From the NCBI RefSeq assembly GCF_009914755.1, contig NC_060929.1: a stretch of 64,000 nucleotides of DNA; one strand, given 5' to 3'. This DNA comes from the human T2T-CHM13v2.0 reference genome, Homo sapiens. A program made the translations under genes and the position numbers. Every line of letters starts with the position of its first letter. Position 1 is the stretch's first letter. Of the stretch, positions 52,090 to 64,000 are shown piece by piece. Below the pieces are notes generated by a model, which saw only the letters and a list, made by a program, of their open reading frames with translations, did no database searches and was not told where the DNA came from.

Positions 52090-55000
52090 GTGAGTACAGC
52101 GCAAGCCCCAGGTAGGGAGGCGAGGTTGGTGATGGTGGAAAGGAGAGCGTAACCAGGACTTTCCCTCGATTTCGCATAGATGTTCTTCTAGTACTGCAGC
52201 GCAGATTAAGCAGGAGGAATATTGCCAAGTAAAACTTTTCCAAAAAACATTGCGTGCCTCCTCTGGCCTATTTGGAAACAGTGTGCACACCCACCCTGCT
52301 GCTGCTGTTCTAGAATTATTGTGGACGAGCACTTCAGCTTGAAACTTGTGTATAAGAACCGCTGGCCAAATCTGAATTCTTTAGCTTCTTAGGGGATGTT
52401 TTTACTCTAACTTACAGCTTCTAACTGACAGAAACTGGAGAAATGTCTTCATTTTGAATAAAACAACACAATTCAAGAGATTGGCCATGAGGATTATTTG
52501 ATCAGATATTTGAAAGACTTTGAATACTGTACATCTTTCATTCTGATGATGACAATCTGCTTACACATTAGGGCATTCATCCATGGCAGGGCGTTGCTGG
52601 TCTTCCTGGACTGATGAATCCAGGGGTGCATTCCCCATGTCCTGCATATCGGGTTTGGAATGGCACATCACTTCAATGCTTCTGGTGCTGCAGTTTACAG
52701 GGACGCTAGAGTGGGGGGCTTATGGCCGAGCTAAGAATCTACCTGCATCCCTCAGGCCTACCCAAGTCAAAATCTCAATGGCTTGCTTTTTACTTAAAAT
52801 ATTTTCATATATTTAGGGAGAAAAATCTTTGGAGATTCTTAGATTCTTGGCAGCAAATGAATTGCTCAGGTGCAGAGGAGCGAAGTGTGACTTAGATAGC
52901 AGAGTGAAAATGTGAGGTCAACAGTTCAAGGTCTTGAGGATGTTAAAGGTTTGGCCAACAGGTCTGGGACGTTTATTGCTTCTCTAGAAAAAGCTTTCAG
53001 TGTGTCTTAAATTTCATTCCCTCTTTGAGGAGAGGGAATTCAGACCCCACATCTCATAAAGATTTTGTGTGTGTGAATTTTGGATGCTGAATTCATAACC
53101 AATTTCTTAAAATACTAAATATATGCAAATGCTAAATCCTGTAAAAAAATTTTTTTAGATGTTAACATTCTGCTTTTTAGAGAAATTTGATATGAGTTGA
53201 TCTCATTGCTATTTCACTTGTAAGAAGTTTTTGGGTTGAGTTGCCAGGGATAGGGTGGTGGTTATTTGGCGCTCTTGTTAAGCATGAAGACAATGGGGCT
53301 GATTTCTTCCACACTCTCCCAAGAAAAATAAGTCTTCCTTAACGGACTAGAACTCTTCATGAAATGCACAAAATGAAGATACATCTTCCTTGGTTTTCTT
53401 TCACAAGGGCTTAAGCCAGAAATGGAAGCCATCTGTGTGGCAGCGAGGTGTGCCTTGCCCTTTACACTTGGGTAATTTTGGATTTGGTTGTGGAAATTGG
53501 TGAGGTGCTTCTTGCTAACCCAGCAAGGATGCAAGCTCCCTGAGGCCCCTGGGTTTCCCTGAGCCAGGGAGGCTGAGCTGTGCCCTGGAATCTGTTCCCT
53601 GAATCGAGGTGGTTTGCAGTAGCTTGAAATTTCTGGCTCTTTTTGAGCTTGATCAGAGTTAACAGGAAAAGTTAACAGTAAAGTAAGTGTATAATTATAA
53701 TGAAAGATAAAGAAATTATAAATAACAGAAAAAAATGCTTCTCTGGATAATAACAGTGGTATCTGATACTGTAGCTGTTGGAAGAGAAATTTATATGTCT
53801 TCTTCATTAATCTTCCAAATACTTGTAGTCCAGCTTTACTGATATTTTGTCCATAGATGGTCACTACAAATGAGACCTCAACCAGACTTAAGAGTGTGAG
53901 GCTTAGTGTTTTCGTCATAAGACAGGACAAATCAAAGGCATTTGAAAGAGCCCTGTTCTTATTTAGGTATCTTTGCAGAGCCCAGGGGCGATCACTTTGA
54001 AAAGAAGATCTCTTCTAGCAGGAAATGCTCTATATTCCATTCTATCTGTTTAATTTGTAGGATAAGAATATTACTTTCAAGTGTAAAAATATATTGCTTA
54101 ATTATTACATAATATCTTGTATCATTTAATTAGAGAAAATGGTTTACAGTTGTGAAACAATGCAATTTCCAAACTGGTACATAGTTTTTCACCCTGGTTC
54201 TGAGATTCTGCATTTGGAAGGATTTTGCTGTTGTCCACTAATGATTGGTTTGAGGAATAGTGTGAAAGTGAATCATTGAGGTGTTGTCCTATTTATAGTA
54301 AACAAATATTCATAAAGAAGAAAGGAAAAACTAAACAAACATAATACATTAAATCTCATGTTCACAGTGACAATTTGAGTACTGAATGACCTTGAGAACT
54401 ATGTATGGCTGCAGCCTAGCAGACCTGGGCCCCAGGAGTTTATTGTCTAATGAGAGAGGCAGGACACAGGCAAGTCCCTTACGGGGGAGGAAACAGGGAC
54501 AGACATGGGAGCCAGAAGGACCCAGAGGAGGATGCCTCTGCGTGCCTTGCTGGTAGGTGGAGAGTGTCAGGGTAGGATTTTAGAGACTGTCCAGAAACCA
54601 AGTCCAAGCCCTGTCCTCATAGTAAAGTTAGAACGTGATGCCCATAAGTGAAGGAGTAACAAGCAGTCCTGGAGAAGACTGCTGGCATCTGCCAAGCTCA
54701 CAGATCTTGTAACACTACCTATAAATGTTAAGAGCTTAACATTTGCATATTAAACCCAAGTATAATATATTCAATGGGATCTGTAAACCCTAAAATTATT
54801 TCTAGAGTTTACCCTGGTATTGCCACCAAGTATCTTGACTTAAAATATTTCTTATTCAGTTAAGTAAGGGTAATTTTTGGAAAAAGGGTCCCTGTTATAT
54901 TTATGTCTCTACCAAATTGTCATTAGAGATCTGTTTGTGGTCACCAACCACAAGCACATAAATGTGTGTCACTCAGGTACTTTCCAGTACTTGGTTAAAT

Positions 55001-55159
55001 AATGGATAGACTTAGAGGGCTAGTTATAAGTAAGAGACAATGACGACCATGGCAATAGCACAAAGAACAATAATGACTTATTGAATGTTATACTTTGCTA
55101 ATAGCTTTACAATTGTTATCTCACTTAGCTTGAAGATAAGTTGAAGAAATAGGTACTAT

Positions 55160-55900
55160 TTTTAAAACAGCTTTATTGAGATGTAACTCACTCTTTAAAG
55201 AGTTAATTAGCTCTATTCATTTAATAGAGTTTCACCCTTTACAATGTATCATTCAGTAGTTTTTAGTATATTAACAGAATTGTGCAAATATCACTAGAAT
55301 CTAATAGGAGACATTTATATCACCTCAAAAATAAACCCTTATGGGCAGTTCTCACTTCCCCTAATTTCCCCATTCCCATCCTAGGTAGTATAGGTTTGCC
55401 TAATCTGGCCATTGATTATAAACAGAAGCATACACTATGTGGCCTTTGTGACTGACTCATTTCACTTAGCAAAATGTGTTCAAGATTCATCCACGTTGCA
55501 GCACATATCAGTACTTTATCCTTTGTTATTGCTGAAGTATACCACATATTTTATTTACCTGTTTATCAGTTGATGGACATTATTGTTTTACTTTTTTTGG
55601 CTACTGCGAATAATGCTGCTATGAACATTTGTGTACAGGTTTTTGTATGAACATGTGTCTTCATTTCTCTTGGGTAAATACCTAGGAGTGTAATTTCTGG
55701 GACATATGGAAACTCTACACTTAACGTTTTGAGGAATTTTCAAACCATTTTTCATATTAGCTGTACCATTTTATATTACCCTAGTAATGTCTGAAGTTTC
55801 CTATTTCTCCACATTCTTGCCAAATCTTGTTATTGTTCTCTCTTTTTAAATAGCCATCCCAGTGAGTACGAAGTAGTATCCTTTGTGGTTCTGATTTACT
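55160..55900 (-). mobile_element. L1MB 3' end
   Basis: acagctttattgagat, gaattgtgcaaatatcac, aataatgctgctatgaacatt. Confidence 0.85.
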
Positions 55901-55914
55901 GGGTAGAGATTATT

Positions 55915-56410
55915 GGCTTGTGAAGTGGGTTCACTGTGCAGAGGTTAGCAACTTGTCTGAGTTTGGTGAGACAGCAACCCCCACACACAAGTTACATGAA
56001 GTGGGTTTATTACTTAGAGATAGGTAGGGCAGCAAGGGACAGCTGAAGCCTAGGAATCATCACGGGCTGGTGCACAAGGCTCAATACAGCAGCCTGAGTG
56101 GATGAAGTCTTGTCTGTGCATGCAACATGGCTGGGGCACCCAGAAAAGCAGCCCACCCTGGGTTTTATACCCGGGCACATGACGTGCTGGACAAGTTCTG
56201 CAGTTCAATCATCACAACAAGTTCTACACTTCAGTCATCATGTCATACCACAAGGCAGGGACTGCAACAGAGTCCAGGTTGTTTCTGCCCTTTCCTCCCT
56301 ATCTCATGATGTTGCATTTCCAGCACATTTTGCAGTCATTCTTGAGAACGGCAAGGAAGAAAATGGGGAGGACTCAGTTGGTCCATAGTCACCCGTAGAA
56401 TTGTTCTGCA
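55915..56410 (-). mobile_element. ERVL LTR (LTR32-like)
   Basis: cctccctatctcatgatgttgcatttccagcacatt...attcttgagaac...ttggtcca...gttctgca. Confidence 0.7.
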
Positions 56411-56683
56411 TAGGTTGACAGTTTTTTGTTGTTTTACTTTCAGCACTTTCAATGTGTCATCCTACTGCTTTCTGACTTCCATTGTTTCTGGTGAGAAGTC
56501 AACTGTTTATCTCACTGTGGTGTATTATGCACATTGCATTATGCATATGTTAGTATGTATATTTTGGTATCCATTATGCATATGTTGATATGTTTAATGA
56601 TGTCCCACATTTCTCTGAGGCTCCATTCATTTTATCTTCATTCATTTTTCTCTGTCTTCTTCGTTTATCTTCAAGTTCACTGA

Positions 56684-57169
<486 letters not shown>

Positions 57170-57174
57170 CCATT

Positions 57175-57309
57175 TTTATTTTTAATGTATTTTTATCATA
57201 TATATTTAAGGTGAAAACATGATGTTTATACACACGCACACGCACACACACACACAATGAGAAGATTACTACAGCCAAGCAAATTTATCCATTATTTCCC
57301 ATAGTTCCC

Positions 57310-57353
<44 letters not shown>

Positions 57354-57695
57354 TGGGGGGTAAGAGCACCTAAAATCTACTCTTTAATCAAATTTTCAGT
57401 ATACAATACAGTATTATTAAGTATAGTCTTCCTGCTGTACATTAGGTCTTTATACTTATTCATCCTATGTAACAGTAAGCTTGTATTCTTTGACCTACTT
57501 CTCCCCATTTTTTCCTCCTTTCTGCCACTGGGAAGGAGTGTTCTAATCAATACTCTACTTGCTACTTCTATGTATTCAACTTCTTTTTTAGATTCCACGT
57601 GTAAGTGAGACCATATAGTATTTGTCTTTCTGTGTCTGGCTTATTTCACTTAGCATATTGTCTTCCAGGGTCATCCTTGCTGTCATAAATGGTTC
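57175..57695 (-). mobile_element. L1MA8/9-like 3' end containing (CA)n at 57230-57256 and (TG)n at 57312-57355
   Basis: aaaatctactct...tatacaatacagtattattaa...tagattccacgtgtaagtgaga. Confidence 0.85.
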
Positions 57696-60199
57696 TTCTT
57701 AGTTGCTCACAACCAAAATCTTTATTATTTTTGACAATGCCCTTAGGCATGAATTTCCCACATTCTGCTCCAAATAATTTCAGGCCCTGGAGGCAAGCTC
57801 CTTGTTCATGCAGCCTGTCTCTTCTCCTGGGCAAAACCTCCAAGACACCGAATTGCAGATGGGACTGCTAGAATGGCTTGCTTCTCCCACTGTGACACCC
57901 TTACTCTATGAGCAGAGCTCCGGTGGGGATGGTAACCCCTTGTCTTCCCTGGTTGTGCTTCCTGTCTTGAAACTTTAACCTACAAGTGAGATGGAGTGGA
58001 GGTATTCAGGGTTTCATTGCTGTCGGCCTGATAAGCCTGGAGAGTAGTGTCCATTCTATGTGTAGGGGCTGCTTGGCAGAAGACAAACAAGTTCTGTTGG
58101 CCATGCCTGCCTGGAACAGAGCTTCTGCAATATGGAACTGAAGGAATTTCAGATGCAAGTGGCTTGCCTCCCCTGTAGTGCAAATGGAGTCTCAGAATAG
58201 AAGTTGGCTGGGGGTAAGGAAATAGGGATTCCTTATCTTCTTGGCTACACATGCCTGGAGAAGAACCTCTGTTGCATTTAGCTGGGGCCAAGGTAAAGAC
58301 TTAAGCAAACCATGGCTCAAACACTACCAAATTTCACTGTTCTGTTCAAGGTTTATTAAAATGTTTTTCAGTAATTGTTTCTCCATATTTTATGCACTTA
58401 AGATAATTTCCAAGGAGTTTAAATGGTTGAAGCCTGTGTGTGTGCATGCATGTGTGTAATTTTCAGCAATAAGTGGTTCTTTCACTGGGGTGAAATCCCA
58501 CATTGCTCCTCAAATTGCCATTCTGGAAGTCTGTCTTCAATAGACACTATTATTAACATATTTTACAGATTATGATCCAAGACCACTTTATTATCCCCAT
58601 TTTACAGATGATCCCAAAGCTAATTCTTCAAAACATGGGAATCCAGAACTAGCACTTGAAACCACAGTACTATTTCACTTCCCTTAATCATGGAGCTGTT
58701 GCTGCCTTACAGGGACCTGTGAGCTCATGCACATGAATTTGCATTGTGTCACCTGAACTTTCTCTAAGGGGTAATGACTTTCTCATTGGTTTCCACTTCA
58801 GTGCCATCTTCCTCAGCATCTAATGCTGTTTGAGCTTAGTGACCACATTTGCAGTTTGTAATGTTAAATTTGCAGTGTGTAAATATTAAAGCACATATGT
58901 GTACTTTATTCCATAATTATTTATTTACAGGTTTTTTAATACCAGACTATGAACTCTTCAAGAGTCGTTTATCATTCATCTTTGTATCCCAAAGTTCTTG
59001 TTAAACATTAACCTAAATTCATTTTGTTCTTGTAATGAGTGATTGTATTTCCAATTTACAAACAGAAATCCTATATCTTCTCAACCTCTATTTTTGGGTA
59101 TTAATAAAGGTAAAATTAGTTTTATAATCCACTTCATCTGATTTCTTGCTATGACTAATGTCAAACACTGTAAATTTTCTTTTGAAGTGTATAGTTTATT
59201 AATAAATCGTTCAATCACTAGGGTTTTTAACAAAACTATTTTTTAGAAACTCCATTAGTCAATATTTTTAAGTGAGGGTTGTTTAAAAATGTTTTCTGTT
59301 GCATATGATGGGAATAGATTTTTCTTAGGATTTTCTGAAAGTTCTGTACTTGGATTAGAAAAAAATATATATAATCTGTCGACTGCCATTGGCATAAAAT
59401 CTGCATGAAATTTAATTCGTCTTGCATAAAACATGATGTTTGTCAAGGCATTAATGCACAGGATAGGTATCATTTTTCCTAAAGTCTAATTATTGTTTTC
59501 AAAAATGTTGGAAAACTTGTAAATGTTGTAATTCTCAGTTCTGTCTATACTCTCACTTGATTTGACACTTATTCAGGGCCCTGGTTTGAATTGTACTGGG
59601 TTTTATTTCTACCCACAAACTCCAGGGATTCCCTGGAAATTCTAGTCATTGAGAGATTTTTCTAAAACACTCAATAAATCCTAGGAAACTGTCTGAAATG
59701 CTGCCAGATTTTCAACTGACTTCAAAAAATGTTCTTGAGCCAGTATAATAAAATAGGAATACAGAGGAAGAACCCACATGGGGGTATGATCAGAAGAGAT
59801 ACTATGATTTTTGAGAGAAAGGTGTCACTATCTGAGAAGACTGCTGATGGCATAAGCAGATGAAAATGTCAGTCTTGGGAGGCATGTGAGACAGCTGTTA
59901 GGTTTTTGGATAAAGAACGGCCAAAGCTGGTGGTGACTAGGAAATTTAAGGTGGTTGTGAAGAACTAATTGAAAGTGTAGATAATTTCTTACTTTTCTGC
60001 TAATTACATAAGAATAAATATAATAGTGCAATTTGGAAATTAACAGAAATGAATATATTTCATTAGATCAAATAATATTTTATAAGGTAATCTTTCAAGT
60101 TTGAAGTGATAACAGATTTTTCTATTAATTTACTGTTAGTTGTAAACAAAAATTAGATGACTAGAGAAATTTAGCTATAAAATCTATGGTTTTGTTCCA

Positions 60200-60335
60200 C
60201 TTCTCTCATTTTTGAAGTGATGAAACTGAGATCCAAGTGGAGTGGAGTCACTTGGGCAATATCACAAAGTCGGGTGGAATTCAGACAGGTCTAGGGTGCG
60301 TGTCTTCAGATTCTCTGTCCAGCGATGTTTTCACC
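60200..60335 (-). mobile_element. MIR fragment
   Basis: ctcattttt...gaaactgagatcca...cacttgggcaatatcaca. Confidence 0.55.
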
Positions 60336-60591
60336 AAGAATCACTTGATGATATTACTTCATCATCATGAAATAGGGATCAGGTGGCATAGCAGAAGTGA
60401 GATTTGTAGAGTTCCATCCTCAGCCTCACAAAGCAGAGTTTAAAAGGATAGTTTGGAGTTAAGAGATGACTTCTTAGTAATGCTCAGACCTGAAACTTGA
60501 TTCCCTGGGTGTAACAGAAGATGATCCCTGTGGCCACTAACTCTCGGGGATGATACAGGCCTGGGACTGTCTGAATGACAGGATGTCTGAA

Positions 60592-60643
60592 ATCTACTTT
60601 TAAAGAGAGTGCTTGCTATCTACTTTTAAAGAGAGTGCTTGCT
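60592..60643. repeat. Perfect 26-bp tandem duplication
   Basis: atctacttttaaagagagtgcttgct twice. Confidence 0.95.
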
Positions 60644-60991
60644 CAAGCAAAAGTCCAGTACAAAGAGAGTAAAAGAGTCCAAATGAAACCAAGCTCTTGA
60701 AGGCAGGATCTTGCTTTGCCTGAGGTTTAACGAGAGCAGCCTGATTGTATCTGCTTAACATGGATATGACCTTTTTTTCCTCCTTAAATGTTACCTTTTA
60801 AGAAGGAAGTCCACTGGGTCTAGACAGGAAGCCCACTGGGACAGACAGGAAGTCCACAAGGAACAGATAGGAAGTCTGTTAAGGGCTTCCTTGGCCCACC
60901 CATCTAAACTCGCCCAGTCCCTGTTTCATTCCTATCCCTGTTTCCCACTTCCTATCCCTATTTTATTTTTCTGTTTGGCATTTATTATTAA

Positions 60992-61860
60992 CTGTATCAA
61001 TCACAGTCTAGTCAGGAGACAGAAACCACACAAATTATTTGAAGAGAGAGAATTAATACAATGCATTATGTAGGCATTTGAGTACTGAAAAATTAAACAG
61101 AGAATATCAAAGCACCCTAGACAACAACTACAAGAATATACTGCCCCTGGGGCTGAAGAAACTAAGGGGAGAGTTTGGGATTTTCAAAATTCAGACGTTT
61201 GGAGCTGGGCCTCAAATCCCTTAGTAGTAGGAGCTAGCTGGTGCTAGGACTCTGAGGGAGAACAGTGTAGCTGGTTCTTTAAGTAAGCTACAAACTAGAA
61301 TCAGCGGCTGCAACTGGAATGATCTGCCACAGCAAGGGTGAAGTGAGAATGACAGGAACAGGAGGCAGGAAGCCCACTGGGGACAAACAGGAAGTCCACC
61401 CCTGGGAAAAACAGGAAGTGAGGGAACAGACAGAAAGTCCACAGGAGCTGACAAGAAGTCCACAGGGGACAGACAGGAAGTGAGGGAGCCAACAGAAAGT
61501 CCACAGGGGTTAGACAGGAAGCCCACTGGGATGGACAGGAGGTCCACAGGGAACAGACAGAAAGTGAGGAGGCAGATAGGAAGTCCACTGGGGCTAAACA
61601 GGAAGCCCAATGGGACAGACAAGAAGTCCACAAGGAACAGACAGGAAGTGAGGCGTAGACAGTCCGCAGGGGCTAGACAGGAAAGAGCAGGTTCTTCCAC
61701 CTTCCTTAGACTGTCCGCATTGTGTGGGCTGTTGGTGGATGTGAATAGAGAGCAGGTGGCAAAGCAGAAATGGGATTTGTATAGTTCCAGGTTCACATCA
61801 GGAAACAGAGTTTAAAGGGAGAACTTTGAGTTGAGAGGCGATTTCTTTGTATAATCAAGC
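60992..61860 (-). mobile_element. LTR78-like LTR with internal tandem repeat
   Basis: tgtatcaatcacagtctagtcaggagacagaaaccacac start; ggcaaagcagaaatgggatttg...gagttgagag end. Confidence 0.65.
61350..61690. repeat. Degenerate ~21-bp minisatellite (ACAGGAAGTCCACNGGGNNAG), ~15 units
   Basis: Visible periodicity; periodic translation in ORFs 61221-61796 and 61480-61815. Confidence 0.9.
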
Positions 61861-63569
61861 TGCCTACTACCCTAAGTATTGAGAGAATAACTACCAGGGA
61901 TGTTTGACTTTTTCTTGCTTTATCCCCAACACTTTCAATAGTGCCTGGCATATAGTAAAGCCCTCAATAAAAATATGTGCAAAGAATGAATGATTTTTGC
62001 AATGGAGGAACAAGACTTCTGTTGCCTTACAAAAATCATCTGCACAAACACCAATTTGGATGGGGGAAAAGAGATCCCAAAAACTGAAGTAGGAATATTC
62101 CAGCCTTATATAGGGAAAGGAATGGGCTAACTAAACCTTGCTAGGCCTTGTGACAGGCTTATTCTTGTATGGGGCTGGAACTGTCAGACACAATGTGTCC
62201 GGACATTCCTCCCCCATGGTAGGCTGCACTTGACCTTTTACTGCTTTGATTAAAATTAAGCCTCCTATGTAGCTTGCCAGGAGGGAGAAGGAACAGTTTC
62301 CTCAGTAGGCTTGGGGGTTGTATTTCATGACTCATACAGGTATAAATTAGCACTCAGGGGCTTGTGTGTGTGTCTATTTTCAGTCTAAGTTTGGCTACTC
62401 TAAATCACTTCTGAAGGAGAAGTTAGGGTATATCTTCTAGAGGCCTGAGGCCAGACTCTGTATCAAAGGGAATTTACACACTCAGTGGAGTTCTGTCCTT
62501 CGTGATTGTGGACAACAGCTGTTCTCAGTAATCCCCTACCAACTCTCAAGTGCCATGAGCCGCAGCAGTGAATCAGAAACTCCTAGTTGCACTTGCTCTC
62601 CTGTTGATCCTCCATCCCCAGTGATTCCAGGCATGGATCATTTTTACTGACTTTGATTCCTTTTAAAATAATAACATCCATCATTTGTCATTAGTTGAAT
62701 GTATTTTTCACTACTTAAGAGTTTAACTTTTTTTTTTTTTAGGAAGAACAGCATGTGTTTAAAATCAAGTAAATCAGCATTTTAAATTAGTAGCAAAATC
62801 AGTGCTAATTTTGTATCTTCTATAATTTCACAGAAATATATAGAAACTAAATATATAAAAACTAAATTAAAATAATTTATTTGAAAAATGTCTACCTAAA
62901 AATAGGTTGAATTTCTATTTTTTCTTCATATTTAATTGATAACAAATGGAAATACCAAATAAGGGATGTACTGGCATTATGTAAAATCTTAGCAGTTTTG
63001 TAGCAAAAATAAGCCTCTCTGGGATAAAACTTAAAAAAAAATCATATGCTGATCACTCCCTAGCTTTATATATATGATTAAATGGCTGGTTGCCTTTAGT
63101 TTAAATATGGTAATAAAATAATAGAAAGCTTCAATAGTAGTGACATGATGCATCTGGTGGCTCTAATTTTCTGTCACTGAATAGGTATTTGTACAGCCCT
63201 TAAGACATTAGAAATTGGACTCAAAACATGTCAAGTGAAATGTGTCTTAAGCAGTTGGTGATTTCTTTTAGTATCCAAAATCCGTGAGAAGTAATTGTCT
63301 CAATAACCCTAGGGTCCTTTATTCTTTTATCATAATTTAAATCTGTATGAGTCTTTTCTTCTTAGGTGAAAAAAAGCAAGAGCTTTTCCTTCAATGTGTT
63401 AAACCCCTCTTTACGTCCACAGTTGTTGAGAACTTTTTCAAAGAATGTTATTTTTGATTGAGCTTTCCTCCACATAAGGCACTTCAAGTTGTGCCCTGTG
63501 GAACTTCCAGCAAAAGTGGGCAAGGGGCCTGCACCAACTTTTTGTAAGTTCCAAAATAAAGAAATTCCC

Positions 63570-63930
63570 CATCCCCTCAGGGTTTTAGCGGATGCTGTTG
63601 CCTCTGCCTGCAAAACGACTCCCATCCCATTCCTTCTGGTTAAATGTCACTTTGTTCTTTAGGTCTCAGTTGAAAAGTCATTCCCATAAGTAATATCACA
63701 CTGTTTCACTGTTGCTCCAAGCCAGGGCAGGCTTCCTTCTTATGCATCCATACTACACCTTATTTTTCTCTTTATGAAGACTTATCTCAATTAAATTCTT
63801 ATTTGGGTTACCAGTTTAGCATTTACCCCTCCCTCTCAATAGACAAAGAGCATTTTAAAGGGCAGCACCATGATTGTTACGATTCCTACAGTACCACCAC
63901 TGCCTGGCAGCGTTCCCAACCCATGAAAGG
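63570..63930 (+). mobile_element. L2 3' fragment
   Basis: atgctgttgcctctgcctg, tctttaggtctcagtt, aagggcag..ccatg, tgcctggca. Confidence 0.6.
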
Positions 63931-63933
63931 AAC

Positions 63934-64000
63934 TGGATGGATGGGTGGGAAGATGGGTGCATGGTTGGATGAATAAGTTGATGGATGGGTAAATGGATGG
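63934..64000. repeat. (TGGA)n degenerate repeat
   Basis: Visible tetramer repeat running off the window end. Confidence 0.8.

Larger units (their letters stand above)
60780..61993 (+). mobile_element. L2 3' end, split by a 72-bp insert and an LTR
   Basis: taaatgttacct...cttccttggcccacccatctaaa; 3' terminus agtgcctggcatatagtaaagccctcaataaa...gaatgaatga. Confidence 0.65.

Noticed and set aside
51730-52152. 140-aa ORF as a stand-alone gene
   Set aside because: It is exon 3 plus intronic read-through on both sides.
53262-53930. 222-aa minus-strand ORF in intron 3
   Set aside because: No recognisable domain or exon structure; consistent with chance.
53978-53994. Partial CTCF-like motif gcccaggggcga
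   Set aside because: Core spacing does not fit the consensus.
55190-55203. 14-bp palindrome actctttaaagagt
   Set aside because: Expected by chance in 64 kb and lies within an L1.
61221-61815. Repetitive ORFs and a superficially CRISPR-like array
   Set aside because: A minisatellite with no unique spacers and no cas genes, in primate DNA.

Overview
Human (hominoid) genomic DNA containing the upstream region and 5' end of ADAMTS16 on the + strand. It includes a CpG-island promoter (~45.0-46.5 kb), coding exons 1-3 (46102-46173, 46298-46400, 51764-52089; codons 1-167, signal peptide and pro-domain) and the start of intron 3. The rest is mostly interspersed repeats: Alu, L1, L2, MIR, MaLR/ERVL/ERV1 LTRs, MER2/MER58/MER63 and a tailless 7SK pseudogene. 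The strongest observations are four. (1) An 80-nt splice-competent cassette in an intron-2 L1 would be a poison exon for the normal start codon, but restores the ADAMTS16 frame for intron-1-retaining mRNA or for an out-of-frame ATG. (2) A sense-oriented LTR12C lies ~1 kb upstream of the promoter, with a very young AluYa5 next to its polyA signal and a copy-specific splice donor. (3) The annotated ATG has a weak context, while an optimal in-frame ATG lies after the signal peptide. (4) Intron 3 holds an ETS-motif minisatellite with an ectopic copy. All functional roles are hypotheses from sequence alone. Repeat subfamily names are from recalled consensus sequences, not a RepeatMasker run, and most repeat boundaries are approximate.
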